Positions 51,672 through 61,459 of a stretch of DNA of 64,000 bases are shown here, one piece after another. Within the stretch, counting starts at the first letter, position 1. Every line of letters begins with the position of its first letter. The translations under genes were made by a program, and so were the position numbers. The stretch lies in assembly GCA_002305085.1 (NCBI GenBank), contig DBQE01000009.1, forward strand, positions 20,835-84,834. Direction: 5' to 3'. Source of the stretch: Bacteroidales bacterium UBA1402 (GTDB taxonomy: Bacteria; Bacteroidota; Bacteroidia; Bacteroidales; UBA1402). The notes below the pieces were generated by a model. It did no database searches, was not told where the DNA came from, and saw nothing but the letters and a program-made list of their open reading frames with translations.

Positions 51672-52217
51672 TCATATACTCTGAGGGACAGGTGTTGATT
51701 GTTGTAAAGTTTCGGGTTTTTTTGTGTTCCAGTCTTCAAAGTGGATAAAGGGCAGCACGGCGGGAGCAAAATCGGAAAGCGGGCCGTAAAAACGAGAAGT
51801 ACTGCTTTTTTCCCGATGAAAAGAAGACTTCCCTTTGTCAAAATAGTCAAACACATTAACGACTATACTCAACACAAAAAGGTAAAGCACCACGGCAAAT
51901 AAACCTCCGGCAATGCGGTTGAGCCAGCCGAGCATCACCATTTTGACCAGCTTGCCCAGTAAAACCGCTACAAAATGAAACAAGATGACCGTCAGCACAA
52001 AAAGTACTATAAACGAAACAACCTGCACCACTTTTAGGCTCGCCGACTCAAAAAGTTGGGAAATGTAAGGAGCCACCAAATACGAGAGTGCTTTGGCTGC
52101 AAAGATTCCACAAACAACGCCTGCTATAGTTCCAATGGTCTGTATCAGACCTCTGCGCAAACCATCAATTAAGCCTAACAAAGCAACGATCAAAATAATG
52201 ATGTCGTAGAGATTCAT
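51672..52217 (-). CDS. cvpA: CvpA family membrane protein
   Basis: D.II......G...G.RRG, LGWLNRIAGG.F; conserved infB-cvpA-sufB order. Confidence 0.85.
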   Translation of the reverse strand: MNLYDIIILIVALLGLIDGLRRGLIQTIGTIAGVVCGIFAAKALSYLVAPYISQLFESASLKVVQVVSFIVLFVLTVILFHFVAVLLGKLVKMVMLGWLNRIAGGLFAVVLYLFVLSIVVNVFDYFDKGKSSFHREKSSTSRFYGPLSDFAPAVLPFIHFEDWNTKKPETLQQSTPVPQSI

Positions 52218-52220
52218 ACG

Positions 52221-55175
52221 CTACAGGGTCTGTTTTACTTCTATTTCTTCGTAGGCTTCGATTAAATCGCCCACCTTGATGTCGTTATAATTGTTAATAC
52301 TCAATCCACACTCATAACCCGAGGCAACTTCCTTGACATCCTCCTTGAAGCGCTTTAATGAGCTCAATTCTCCGGTAAATACAACTATACCGTCACGAAT
52401 AAGCCTAATTTTAGTACCTCGCTTGATTTTTCCTTCTTTAACCATACAGCCGGCAACTGTACCGACCTTAGTAATCCTAAATACTTCACGAACCTCGGCT
52501 GTGGCAGTAACTTCCTCCTTGATTTCGGGAGAAAGCATACCTTCCATAGCCGACTTAATTTCTTCGATGGCATCGTAGATAATTGAATAAAGACGAATGT
52601 CCACGCCATCGCGCTCGGCCATCTTGCGGGCGGCCATAGAGGGGCGTACCTGAAAACCGACAATAATGGCATCGGAAGCAGAAGCCAGTGTTACATCCGA
52701 TTCGGAAATCTGACCGACCGCCTTGTGTATCACATTCACCTGAATTTGCTCTGTGCTCAAACCTATCAGAGAATCCGACAAAGCTTCAATAGATCCGTCC
52801 ACATCTCCTTTTACAATGAGATTCAGTTCTTTGAAATTGCCAACGGCTATACGGCGGCCGATTTCGGCCAGTGTCAGAATTTTACTGGTGCGCAACCCTT
52901 GTTCTCTTTGCAATTGCTCTCTTTTGGTGGCAATCTCTCTGGCTTCCTGTTCGGAGTCGAGTACGTTGAAATTGTCGCCTGCCTGAGGAGCCCCATTCAA
53001 TCCAAGGATCAATACAGGTTCGGCGGGCCCTGCCGATTCCACGCGCTGCCCTCGTTCATTGAACATAGCCTTTATGCGTCCGTGATTAACGCCGGCAACG
53101 ATGTTGTCTCCGACTTCCAACGTGCCGTTTTCCACCAATACTGTCGCCACGTAGCCACGCCCCTTTTCGAGTGTAGACTCTATGATGGACCCCACAGCAC
53201 GTCTTGAGGGATTGGCCTTGAGTTCCAACATTTCAGCCTCGAGCAAAACCTTTTCGAGCAATTCCTTCACATTGATGCCTTTTTTGGCTGAAATATCTTG
53301 TGATTGGTATTTTCCGCCCCATTCTTCGACCAGGTAATTCATATTAGCCAGTTCCTGCTTAATTTTTTCGGGGTCGGCTGCCGGTTTGTCTATTTTGTTA
53401 ATGGCAAATACCATGGGGACGCCGGCTGCTGAAGCGTGGTTAATGGCCTCAACTGTTTGGGGCATAACGTTGTCGTCGGCTGCCACAATAATAATGGCAA
53501 TATCCGTTATTTTGGCTCCGCGGGCGCGCATGGCCGTAAAAGCCTCGTGGCCCGGAGTGTCCAGAAAAGTCATTTTCCGTCCGTCTTTCAGAGTAACATT
53601 GTATGCTCCGATGTGCTGAGTTATACCTCCAGCCTCACCTGCAATCACATTAGAATTGCGGATGTAGTCGAGCAGAGAAGTTTTACCGTGGTCCACGTGT
53701 CCCATTACCGTGATAATGGGAGGACGAGGCACCAAATCTTCTTCGTCGTCCTCTTCTTCCTGAATGGCCTCCAATACTTCAGCACTGACATACTCTGTTT
53801 TAAAGCCGAATTCGTCGGCTACAAAATTAATGGTTTCTGCGTCCAGGCGTTGATTGATCGACACCATCTGACCTATGGCGATACAAGTGGAAATTACGTC
53901 GACAACCGGCACATCCATCATGGTAGCCAGGTCGTTAACGGTAACAAACTCGGTTATTTTAAGCACGCTCTTTTCCCGCATTTCTTTTTGTTCGAGTTCT
54001 TGCATACGTTGAGATGCCGCCTCTCGTTTTTCTCTGCGGTATTTTGCTCCTTTTTTGGGCCTGCTGGTCAGGCGGGCAAGTGTTTCTTTAATTTGTTTGG
54101 AAACATCCTCTTCGCTGACTTCTGTTTTAAGAACGGGTTTCTTGAGGCGGCCTTTGGTCCTGTCGCCCCTGGAGACCGGAGCGCCGAATTCTCCATCGAC
54201 CTTTATCTTGACATCCTTGATGCGACTGCGCCTTTTCTTTTTGGAATCTGAAACTTCGGTTTTCCCCTCGGTTCTCCCTTTAAGAGTTTCGGCTTTTTTC
54301 CTTTCTTCGCGCAAGGCCTGTTCTTGTGTTTTTTTGTCTTCCTGTTCCTTGAGTCTTTCTTGTTTGGTTTTCCTTTTGGGCCTGGTATTTTGATTCAACG
54401 CATCCAGATCAATGGTGGTAACCACCTTGATGTTGGGTTTAATAGTCCTTTTCCCCAGGGTGAATATTTCGGGCTCTTCAGATTTTTTATCCTCTTGGGC
54501 GTCTTCCTGTTCTTCGATTTTTTGAGGAGGTATTGTTTCAGGAATTTCTTCTTTTTCTTCGACAATTGTCTTCTCTTCCGTGCGGACGGTTTCCTTCTGA
54601 GGGGTGGGTTTTTCCTCTTTTTCAGCCATATCGGCTGCAGGTGTTCGGCTCACAGGAGCTTCTGCTGCCGGGGCTTTTTTTGCAGATTCCTGAACGGGGG
54701 ATTCTTCTTTTTTTATTTTTTCGGCTGCTTCAGGCTCGGTTGATGCCGGGCTTGCGACAGCAGTAATAACTTCCTCAACAGTTTTTGCGGGTTTTTCTTC
54801 CTTAGGAAGGATTTCTTCCTTTTCCTCTTTTTTCGGTCCTGTTGCTTTGGGTTTAGCAACAGCATCCAGGTCTATTTTACCCAGAGTCTTGAATTGTTGT
54901 TTGCGAGTGCTTACGACAGGTTCTTCGGGAGCCTCTTGCTTAACAGGCTCAGGAGTTACCTGTTCCGTTTCTCTGATCTTGGGTTTCTCCTTTTTGGGAA
55001 TTAAAAGCTCCTGCCCATCGCCAAATTCTTCGACGAGAAGCATATAGGCCTCTCCGCTGATTTTGGCGTTGGGGTTATTTTCAACCTCAAATCCCTTTTT
55101 TTGTAAAAATTCCACCAAAGTGCCGATACCCACATTCAGCTCTCTGGTTATTTTATTCAATCGAACACTCGACAT
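52221..55175 (-). CDS. infB: Translation initiation factor IF-2
   Basis: [34 protein letters not shown]; long E/K/P-rich N-terminus. Confidence 0.98.
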   Translation of the reverse strand: MSSVRLNKITRELNVGIGTLVEFLQKKGFEVENNPNAKISGEAYMLLVEEFGDGQELLIPKKEKPKIRETEQVTPEPVKQEAPEEPVVSTRKQQFKTLGKIDLDAVAKPKATGPKKEEKEEILPKEEKPAKTVEEVITAVASPASTEPEAAEKIKKEESPVQESAKKAPAAEAPVSRTPAADMAEKEEKPTPQKETVRTEEKTIVEEKEEIPETIPPQKIEEQEDAQEDKKSEEPEIFTLGKRTIKPNIKVVTTIDLDALNQNTRPKRKTKQERLKEQEDKKTQEQALREERKKAETLKGRTEGKTEVSDSKKKRRSRIKDVKIKVDGEFGAPVSRGDRTKGRLKKPVLKTEVSEEDVSKQIKETLARLTSRPKKGAKYRREKREAASQRMQELEQKEMREKSVLKITEFVTVNDLATMMDVPVVDVISTCIAIGQMVSINQRLDAETINFVADEFGFKTEYVSAEVLEAIQEEEDDEEDLVPRPPIITVMGHVDHGKTSLLDYIRNSNVIAGEAGGITQHIGAYNVTLKDGRKMTFLDTPGHEAFTAMRARGAKITDIAIIIVAADDNVMPQTVEAINHASAAGVPMVFAINKIDKPAADPEKIKQELANMNYLVEEWGGKYQSQDISAKKGINVKELLEKVLLEAEMLELKANPSRRAVGSIIESTLEKGRGYVATVLVENGTLEVGDNIVAGVNHGRIKAMFNERGQRVESAGPAEPVLILGLNGAPQAGDNFNVLDSEQEAREIATKREQLQREQGLRTSKILTLAEIGRRIAVGNFKELNLIVKGDVDGSIEALSDSLIGLSTEQIQVNVIHKAVGQISESDVTLASASDAIIVGFQVRPSMAARKMAERDGVDIRLYSIIYDAIEEIKSAMEGMLSPEIKEEVTATAEVREVFRITKVGTVAGCMVKEGKIKRGTKIRLIRDGIVVFTGELSSLKRFKEDVKEVASGYECGLSINNYNDIKVGDLIEAYEEIEVKQTL

Positions 55176-55189
55176 AAGCAAATAATTTA

Positions 55190-56461
55190 TTAATCTTCAA
55201 ACTCTGCATGAAGTATACGCAAGACTTCATCCACAGTACTTTCCTCCAAATCGGCTTTTTCAACTAAAGTTTCTCTTGGTAAAGCCAACACATTCCGAGC
55301 AGTATCGCAACCTATGGCTTTTAGGGCTTCAATAACCCATTCATCTATTTCGTCCTTGAATTCATCCAGGTAAATATCATCCTCTTCCAGTTCCTGGTCG
55401 GTTTCTCTGAAAACATCTATGGTATAATTCGTCAACATGCTGGCAAGCTTTATGTTCATGCCCCCTTTGCCAATTGCCAGTGAAACTTCTTCGGGCTTGA
55501 GCCATACCTCAGCTTTTTTGTTGACTTCGTCCAGCCTGATAGAAGAAATTTTGGCAGGACTCAAGGCTCTTTGAATAAACAAACTGGTGTTTGAGGTATA
55601 GTTGATGACGTCGATATTCTCGTTGCGCAATTCACGTACTATACCATGGATTCTGGAGCCTTTCACACCCACACAGGCTCCGACCGGATCAATACGTTCA
55701 TCGTAAGACTCCACGGCGATTTTTGCTCTTTCTCCCGGAATGCGGGCTACCCTTTTGATGGTAATGAGCCCGTCGTGGATTTCGGGAACTTCCAATTCAA
55801 AAAGCCTCTCAAGAAAAACAGGAGAGGTACGCGACAAAATTATCTTGGGGTCAACAGCTTTGGGATTGTTAGTCTTGTTTTCAACGCGCTCTATGACGGC
55901 ACGAACCGTTTCTCCCTTACGGTAAAAATCGCTGGGTATCTGCTCACTCTTGGGTAGAATCAGTTCATTATTTTCATCGTCCAAAAGCAGAATTTCTTTT
56001 TTCCAAATCTGGTAGACTTCGGCACTTATCAATTGTCCCACTTGTTCAATGAAACGGTTGTAGAGGCTTTCCTTTTGTAATTCCATGATTTTTGAAGCCA
56101 GGGTTTGCCGCAAATTCAAAATGGCGCGACGTCCGAAGGCACTGAAATGTACCTGGTCGGTAACTTCCTCACCTACTTCGTAATCGCTTTCTATTTTACG
56201 GGCTTCTGTCAGGCTGATTTGGTGTTCGGGATCCTCCACCTGGTCGTCTTCTACTATTTCGCGATTGTGCCAAATTTCAAAGTCCCCGCTGTCGGGGTTG
56301 ATAATAACATCGTAATGTTCGTCAGAGCCAAACAGTTTTGCTATGACTCCACGAAAAGATTCTACAATCACATTTATCATTGTAGAACGGTCTATGTTTT
56401 TAGACTCTTTGAATTCCGAAAAAATTTCGACCAGATTGATTCGTTCTTCTGTTTTTGCCAT
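55190..56461 (-). CDS. nusA: Transcription termination/antitermination factor
   Basis: [35 protein letters not shown]. Confidence 0.97.
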   Translation of the reverse strand: MAKTEERINLVEIFSEFKESKNIDRSTMINVIVESFRGVIAKLFGSDEHYDVIINPDSGDFEIWHNREIVEDDQVEDPEHQISLTEARKIESDYEVGEEVTDQVHFSAFGRRAILNLRQTLASKIMELQKESLYNRFIEQVGQLISAEVYQIWKKEILLLDDENNELILPKSEQIPSDFYRKGETVRAVIERVENKTNNPKAVDPKIILSRTSPVFLERLFELEVPEIHDGLITIKRVARIPGERAKIAVESYDERIDPVGACVGVKGSRIHGIVRELRNENIDVINYTSNTSLFIQRALSPAKISSIRLDEVNKKAEVWLKPEEVSLAIGKGGMNIKLASMLTNYTIDVFRETDQELEEDDIYLDEFKDEIDEWVIEALKAIGCDTARNVLALPRETLVEKADLEESTVDEVLRILHAEFED

Positions 56462-56507
56462 TGTTATCGACATTGTGTTGAAATATCTATTAATTCTCTC
56501 GTATTTA

Positions 56508-56975
56508 TCAGAATATTATTTTGGAACATACGGAGGCCGTTTCCGCTTGCAAATAGCACTCTTGCTGCTCAATAATTTTGGGCCTTTTGGCACCCTCGGG
56601 CTTTATTTTTCGCATAACGTTGACAGTAAATTTGTCCTCGTCACAGCTTAATAACGTACCTGAAAACTTTTGTCCGTTTTTTAGACGAACCTCAACCTCC
56701 TTGTTTATGTGTTTTTGATATTGCCTAAATACTTTAAAGGGTTGACCTATGCCTGCTGAAGAAACTTTCAGGGCAAAATCCAGATCCTCATTGCTCAGAC
56801 GGGACTCTATATGCCTGCTCAACTCTGCGCAATCGCCTATACTTACATTGCCTTGAACAGATTCAATTTCTATGGCAATACTAAAATCGGGGCCGATATT
56901 GAGGTCAACCAAAAAAAAGGGCTTGTTATTAATCCACTCTTCAATGTACTGATTGATAATCTCTTTACTAATCAT
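56508..56975 (-). CDS. rimP: Ribosome maturation factor
   Basis: I.DC.ELSRHIE, VSSAGI.QP, G..F.G.L; first gene of rimP-nusA-infB. Confidence 0.92.
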   Translation of the reverse strand: MISKEIINQYIEEWINNKPFFLVDLNIGPDFSIAIEIESVQGNVSIGDCAELSRHIESRLSNEDLDFALKVSSAGIGQPFKVFRQYQKHINKEVEVRLKNGQKFSGTLLSCDEDKFTVNVMRKIKPEGAKRPKIIEQQECYLQAETASVCSKIIF

Positions 56976-56997
56976 CCTTTTGTGTTAAGTAAAAAAT

Positions 56998-57019
56998 GAG
57001 GGGAACTTTTGTCCCCCTC
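56998..57019 (-). promoter_or_regulatory. rimP 5' leader hairpin (downstream of the -7 box at 57039-57046)
   Basis: Minus strand GAGGGGGAC-AAAA-GTTCCCCTC followed by ATTTTTT; position fits a leader attenuator. Confidence 0.6.
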
Positions 57020-57140
57020 GCCTGTATCCTAACGGCCGCAAAATTACACAATATCAAGTGATTTGCAAAAAAAACGCAGATTATTTTAATCTGGAGGCTA
57101 AAAAATATACTTTTGCGCGGACTTTGATCCGAAATATTGT

Positions 57141-57797
57141 ATGAAAAGCGTTTTTTATCCCCTTTTGATATTTTGGAGCTGTTTTACATTGTTCTGCTCT
57201 TGCTCTACCATTTCGAATATTGTAAAAAAAGAATTTGCTGAAAGGAATCCCGAAGACATCCTCCAAAACACCGCTGCCGAATACATTGTAAATTCGGGCA
57301 TCGAGGGAGAAGCCGGCCAGTGGATTGCCTCACAAATGGAGATCCTGAAAATCATGCTAAGCGAACAAATAGGCGATTCCGTGATGATTCGCCAACCCGA
57401 AGAAGGCCTTTTGCTGGTTTTTGACTCCGACCGGCTTTTTAAACAAGGCCTTCAGTATGTAAATGATTCTTCCATCGAGACCTTAGAAGTACTTGCAACA
57501 TCCCTGCAAGATTTTCCTAACACCAGATTGTATATCCTTGTCCACACCGACAACAGTAGTTCAGAATTCATAGCGCTTTCCTTATCGGACAAGAGAGCCA
57601 AAAACATAAAAAGAATTCTAGTATCAAAGGGCGTGAAACGCAGTCATATCACAGCCGAAGGACGAGGGTTTATGGTGCCCGTTATTTCGAACGAAAGCCC
57701 GGAAGGCCGTAAAATAAACCGCCGGGTAGAAATGGCTGTAACGGCCAACCATAAAATGATTCGCCAAGCTATAAAAAGCACTAAAACAAAAAGATAA
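57141..57797 (+). CDS. OmpA-like peptidoglycan-binding domain lipoprotein
   Basis: Lipobox CSC, HTDN, LS.KRA, GR..NRRVE; -7 box at 57108-57115. Confidence 0.85.
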   Translation: MKSVFYPLLIFWSCFTLFCSCSTISNIVKKEFAERNPEDILQNTAAEYIVNSGIEGEAGQWIASQMEILKIMLSEQIGDSVMIRQPEEGLLLVFDSDRLFKQGLQYVNDSSIETLEVLATSLQDFPNTRLYILVHTDNSSSEFIALSLSDKRAKNIKRILVSKGVKRSHITAEGRGFMVPVISNESPEGRKINRRVEMAVTANHKMIRQAIKSTKTKR

Positions 57798-57844
57798 TTC
57801 AGCCGAATTGCTTACCTTTGCGCCCGATATTTTAGATAACTATT

Positions 57845-59371
57845 ATGAGCAAGAAAGCAATGCTGATGATTCTCGACGGTTGGGGTATTGGCAACCGTGG
57901 GAAAGAAGACGTTATATACAACACCCCTACTCCTTACTGGGACTATCTGATAAAAAACTATCCGAACTCGCAACTTCAGGCATCGGGCGAAAACGTGGGT
58001 TTACCCGACGGTCAAATGGGCAATTCCGAAGTGGGACATCTCAACATCGGAGCCGGCAGAGTGGTTTACCAGGATTTGGTGAAAATCAATATTTCCTGCC
58101 GCGACAACAGCATTCTCGAAAATCCCGGCATCAAGGCAGCCTACGGTTACGCAAAACAATCGGGCAAGCAAATCCACTTTCTGGGCCTGGTTTCAGACGG
58201 CGGCGTACACAGCTCGCTCGACCATTTGTTTAAGCTTATTGAAATCTCCAAGCTTTACGGCATAAAGAAATCCTTTGTGCATTGCTTTATGGACGGCCGG
58301 GACACCGACCCCAAAAGCGGTAAGTCGTTCATAGCCGCTCTGCAAAAGCACCTGGATCGAAACACAGGGGCCATAGCCTCTATTGTGGGCCGTTACTATG
58401 CCATGGACAGGGACAAACGCTGGGAGCGCATCAAAGAAGCCTACGATTTGCTGGTAAAGGGCAAAGGAGTGAAAGCACAAGACATGGTTCAGGCTGTTCA
58501 GGCATCGTACGATCAGGGAGTAACCGATGAATTCATAAAACCCATTGTTCATACGGATGCTCAAGGCCAACCTCTGGCCACCATTCAGGACGGCGACGTG
58601 GTGCTCTTTTTCAATTTCCGCAACGACAGAGCCAGAGAGCTCACCATAGTACTGACCCAGGAAGACATGCCACAACACGGTATGCAGACGCTCTGCCTGG
58701 AATACTACACCATGACCCCTTACGATGCCACCTTCAAGGGCATAAACGTACTTTTCGATAAAGAAAACGTCGACAATACCCTGGGTGAAATTGTGGCAAA
58801 AGCCGGCAAAAAACAACTGCGTATAGCAGAAACCGAAAAGTACGCTCATGTAACCTTCTTTTTCTCGGGCGGACGCGAAAAAGAATTCGAAAACGAAGAC
58901 CGCATACTGATACCATCGCCCAAAGTGGCCACCTACGACCTGAAACCCGAAATGAGCGTTAACGAAGTGGGCGACGCGCTGAAGCAAGCCATAGAAACCG
59001 AAAAATACGATCTGATTGTCGTAAACTATGCCAATGGCGATATGGTCGGCCACACGGGAGTCTATTCGGCCATTCAGGCCGCCGTCGTAGCTGTGGACGC
59101 CAATATTAAAAAGGTTGTTGAAGCAGCCAAAAGCAAAGACTACGAAGTAATCATAATTGCCGATCACGGCAACGCCGACAATGCGTTGAATCCCGACGGT
59201 TCTCCCAACACGGCCCATTCTCTGAATCCGGTTCCTTTTGTGTACATAAGCCGGAATAGTTCAGCCGAAGTCAGCGATGGCATACTGGCCGATGTGGCGC
59301 CCTCGCTCTGCCACATCCTGGGCATAAAACAGCCTGCGGAAATGACCGGACGCTGTCTTATACACGACTAA
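57845..59371 (+). CDS. gpmI: 2,3-bisphosphoglycerate-independent phosphoglycerate mutase
   Basis: [45 protein letters not shown]; -7 box at 57813-57820. Confidence 0.97.
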   Translation: MSKKAMLMILDGWGIGNRGKEDVIYNTPTPYWDYLIKNYPNSQLQASGENVGLPDGQMGNSEVGHLNIGAGRVVYQDLVKINISCRDNSILENPGIKAAYGYAKQSGKQIHFLGLVSDGGVHSSLDHLFKLIEISKLYGIKKSFVHCFMDGRDTDPKSGKSFIAALQKHLDRNTGAIASIVGRYYAMDRDKRWERIKEAYDLLVKGKGVKAQDMVQAVQASYDQGVTDEFIKPIVHTDAQGQPLATIQDGDVVLFFNFRNDRARELTIVLTQEDMPQHGMQTLCLEYYTMTPYDATFKGINVLFDKENVDNTLGEIVAKAGKKQLRIAETEKYAHVTFFFSGGREKEFENEDRILIPSPKVATYDLKPEMSVNEVGDALKQAIETEKYDLIVVNYANGDMVGHTGVYSAIQAAVVAVDANIKKVVEAAKSKDYEVIIIADHGNADNALNPDGSPNTAHSLNPVPFVYISRNSSAEVSDGILADVAPSLCHILGIKQPAEMTGRCLIHD

Positions 59372-59380
59372 TTACGGAGC

Positions 59381-59968
59381 ATGCTACAAATCGATAAAAC
59401 CATCGTCAGCCTCGATATAATCAATCAAACGTTTTGCTGCGACCTGAACAAATGCAAAGGCAGGTGTTGTGTGGAAGGGGTGTCGGGTGCTCCGCTGGAA
59501 GAAGACGAAATTGCCGAACTGGAAAAGGCTCTACCCGCAGTATGGGACGAACTTTCGCCCCGAGCCCGTCAACTCATTAACGAACAGGGAGTTTGTTACA
59601 AGGATGCTTCGGGCGAAACCGTTACTTCCATCGTAGACGGTAAAGATTGTGTCTTTACTTATTACGATGAAAAGGGCGTTTGTTATTGTGCTCTTGAAAA
59701 GGCCTGGAGAGAAGGTAAAAGCTCATTTATCAAACCCGTCTCCTGCCACCTCTACCCCATAAGACTTTCCAAACTGACTTCCGGAGTCGTTGCTCTCAAT
59801 TACCAACAATGGCATGTCTGTGTTCCCGCCCTGGCCAAAGGAAAAACTTTAGGCTTGCCGATTTATCGCTTTCTCAGGGAGCCCTTAATCCGTAAATTCG
59901 GACAGGACTGGTACGATCAGCTCTGCGAAGCCGCCAAAATGCTCGAGGATTATCCCCGGGATGTTTAA
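59381..59968 (+). CDS. DUF3109 family Cys-rich protein
   Basis: FCCDL.KCKG.CCVEG..GAPL, CVF, C.LE, KP.SCHLYPIR; follows gpmI. Confidence 0.88.
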   Translation: MLQIDKTIVSLDIINQTFCCDLNKCKGRCCVEGVSGAPLEEDEIAELEKALPAVWDELSPRARQLINEQGVCYKDASGETVTSIVDGKDCVFTYYDEKGVCYCALEKAWREGKSSFIKPVSCHLYPIRLSKLTSGVVALNYQQWHVCVPALAKGKTLGLPIYRFLREPLIRKFGQDWYDQLCEAAKMLEDYPRDV

Positions 59969-60427
59969 TTACCGACTCCTACCCCTTTTACGGTTATTGT
60001 TCGGATTTGTTTTTTCTCTGATTTTATCCCAGGCATAAGTGCCGGCTTTTTGCCGTTCGGAACTGTTTATATCCAACGTTTTAAACGATAAAATATGCAC
60101 GGTGACCCCCAGAGCGATCAAGAGTAATAAAATTTTAAGCCAACAAATTTCCAGAAAAAAAAGAACTGCAATCAGGATGCTTATCCACAACAAAACAACC
60201 GAGAATATTTTGGTGCCCAAAGGAATCGCCTTATGTTTTCTGTAATTTTCTATATAGCGCCCTAAACAGGGATGTTGCATCAGCCAGCGGTAATAACGAT
60301 CGGAACCCTTATAGAAAAGAGAAGCGCTCAGCAACAAAAAAGGCGTGGTTGGTAAAAGCGGCAAAAAAACACCCAGTATCGCCAATGCCAAAAACAAAAC
60401 TCCCAGCACGTTATAGACAACTTTCAT
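59969..60427 (-). CDS. YbaN / DUF454 family membrane protein
   Basis: LG.FLPLLPTTPFLLL motif; -7 box at 60448-60455. Confidence 0.9.
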   Translation of the reverse strand: MKVVYNVLGVLFLALAILGVFLPLLPTTPFLLLSASLFYKGSDRYYRWLMQHPCLGRYIENYRKHKAIPLGTKIFSVVLLWISILIAVLFFLEICWLKILLLLIALGVTVHILSFKTLDINSSERQKAGTYAWDKIREKTNPNNNRKRGRSR

Positions 60428-60527
60428 TCTTTTCCGGAATTGGAGCACAAAAGTAGTTTTTTACACCGAGTCTTTAAAATTCTGGCAGAATCCTTTATAT
60501 TTGCTCTGATCTTAACTCATTTAAATC

Positions 60528-61454
60528 ATGAAAAAACAACCGATCATATTATGTTTTTTTCTGTGGACAGCTTTGGCTGCCTTCGCACAAGAGAGAATAG
60601 ACCTGCCTTTATGGCCGGATGGAGTTCCCGAAAGTAACGGCATTACTGCCGAAGAAATCAACGAAAACAATTATTTTTCCAACGTCAGTGTTCCAGCCAT
60701 GTCGGTTTTCAAAGCTAATCCCGACAAAAATACGGGTACGGCCCTGATTATTTGTCCGGGAGGAGGCTACGCCCGGCAGGCTGCCGGACACGAAGGCTTT
60801 CAGCTGACCGGCTGGCTCAACGAAAACGGCATTACCGCCATAATCCTGAAATACCGTTTGCCCAACGGACACGATTTCATTCCTTCTAAAGACGCCTTGC
60901 AGGCCATCAGAATAGTACGAAGCAAGGCCGAAGAATGGGGAATCAACCCTTCCAAAATAGGTATTTCCGGCTTTTCGGCGGGCGGCCATCTGGCTTCGAC
61001 CGCAGGCACTCACTTCGATTACGGCAATCCCGAAGCCGAAGATCCCATCGCCCGTCAAAGCAGCAGGCCGGATTATATGATCCTCTTCTATCCGGTTATT
61101 TCCATGAAAGAGGGTGTCACACACGTCGGTTCCAAACGCAACCTATTGGGTGACAACCCAACGAAAGAACAAATGTTGGAGTATTCCAACGAACTTAAGG
61201 TAAGCGCTGAAACACCGCCAACCTTGCTGCTGCTCAGCGACGACGACAAAGGAGTAATACCGCAAAACAGCCTTGATTTTTATGCAGCGCTAAAAAACCA
61301 TAAGGTCCCCGCTGCTATGTATATTTTCCCCGAAGGGGGCCACGGCTGGGGCTACAAGGAGAGCTTCCGCTATCACCATGTCTGGCGCATCCTGATGATA
61401 GAATGGATGATGCAGCAAAAGATTCTGCCCGACATGATCAGGCAACAAAATTAA
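60528..61454 (+). CDS. Secreted alpha/beta hydrolase (esterase, BD-FAE/xylan-esterase-like)
   Basis: CPGGGY, YRLP, GFSAGGHL nucleophile elbow, DD..V, GGHGWG. Confidence 0.88.
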   Translation: MKKQPIILCFFLWTALAAFAQERIDLPLWPDGVPESNGITAEEINENNYFSNVSVPAMSVFKANPDKNTGTALIICPGGGYARQAAGHEGFQLTGWLNENGITAIILKYRLPNGHDFIPSKDALQAIRIVRSKAEEWGINPSKIGISGFSAGGHLASTAGTHFDYGNPEAEDPIARQSSRPDYMILFYPVISMKEGVTHVGSKRNLLGDNPTKEQMLEYSNELKVSAETPPTLLLLSDDDKGVIPQNSLDFYAALKNHKVPAAMYIFPEGGHGWGYKESFRYHHVWRILMIEWMMQQKILPDMIRQQN

Positions 61455-61459
61455 AGAGC

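Noticed and set aside
53436..54251. 271-aa ORF opposite infB (similarly 6990-7745, 28812-29435, 32414-33010, 63293-63919)
   Set aside because: Antisense shadows of confidently identified genes with no independent coding evidence.
54230..55000. Low-complexity pyrimidine-rich stretch on the plus strand
   Set aside because: It encodes the normal E/K/P-rich N-terminal region of IF-2 on the minus strand.
58193..59218. 341-aa antisense ORF inside gpmI
   Set aside because: It lies entirely opposite a highly conserved gene and shows no family motifs; best explained as a codon-bias shadow ORF.
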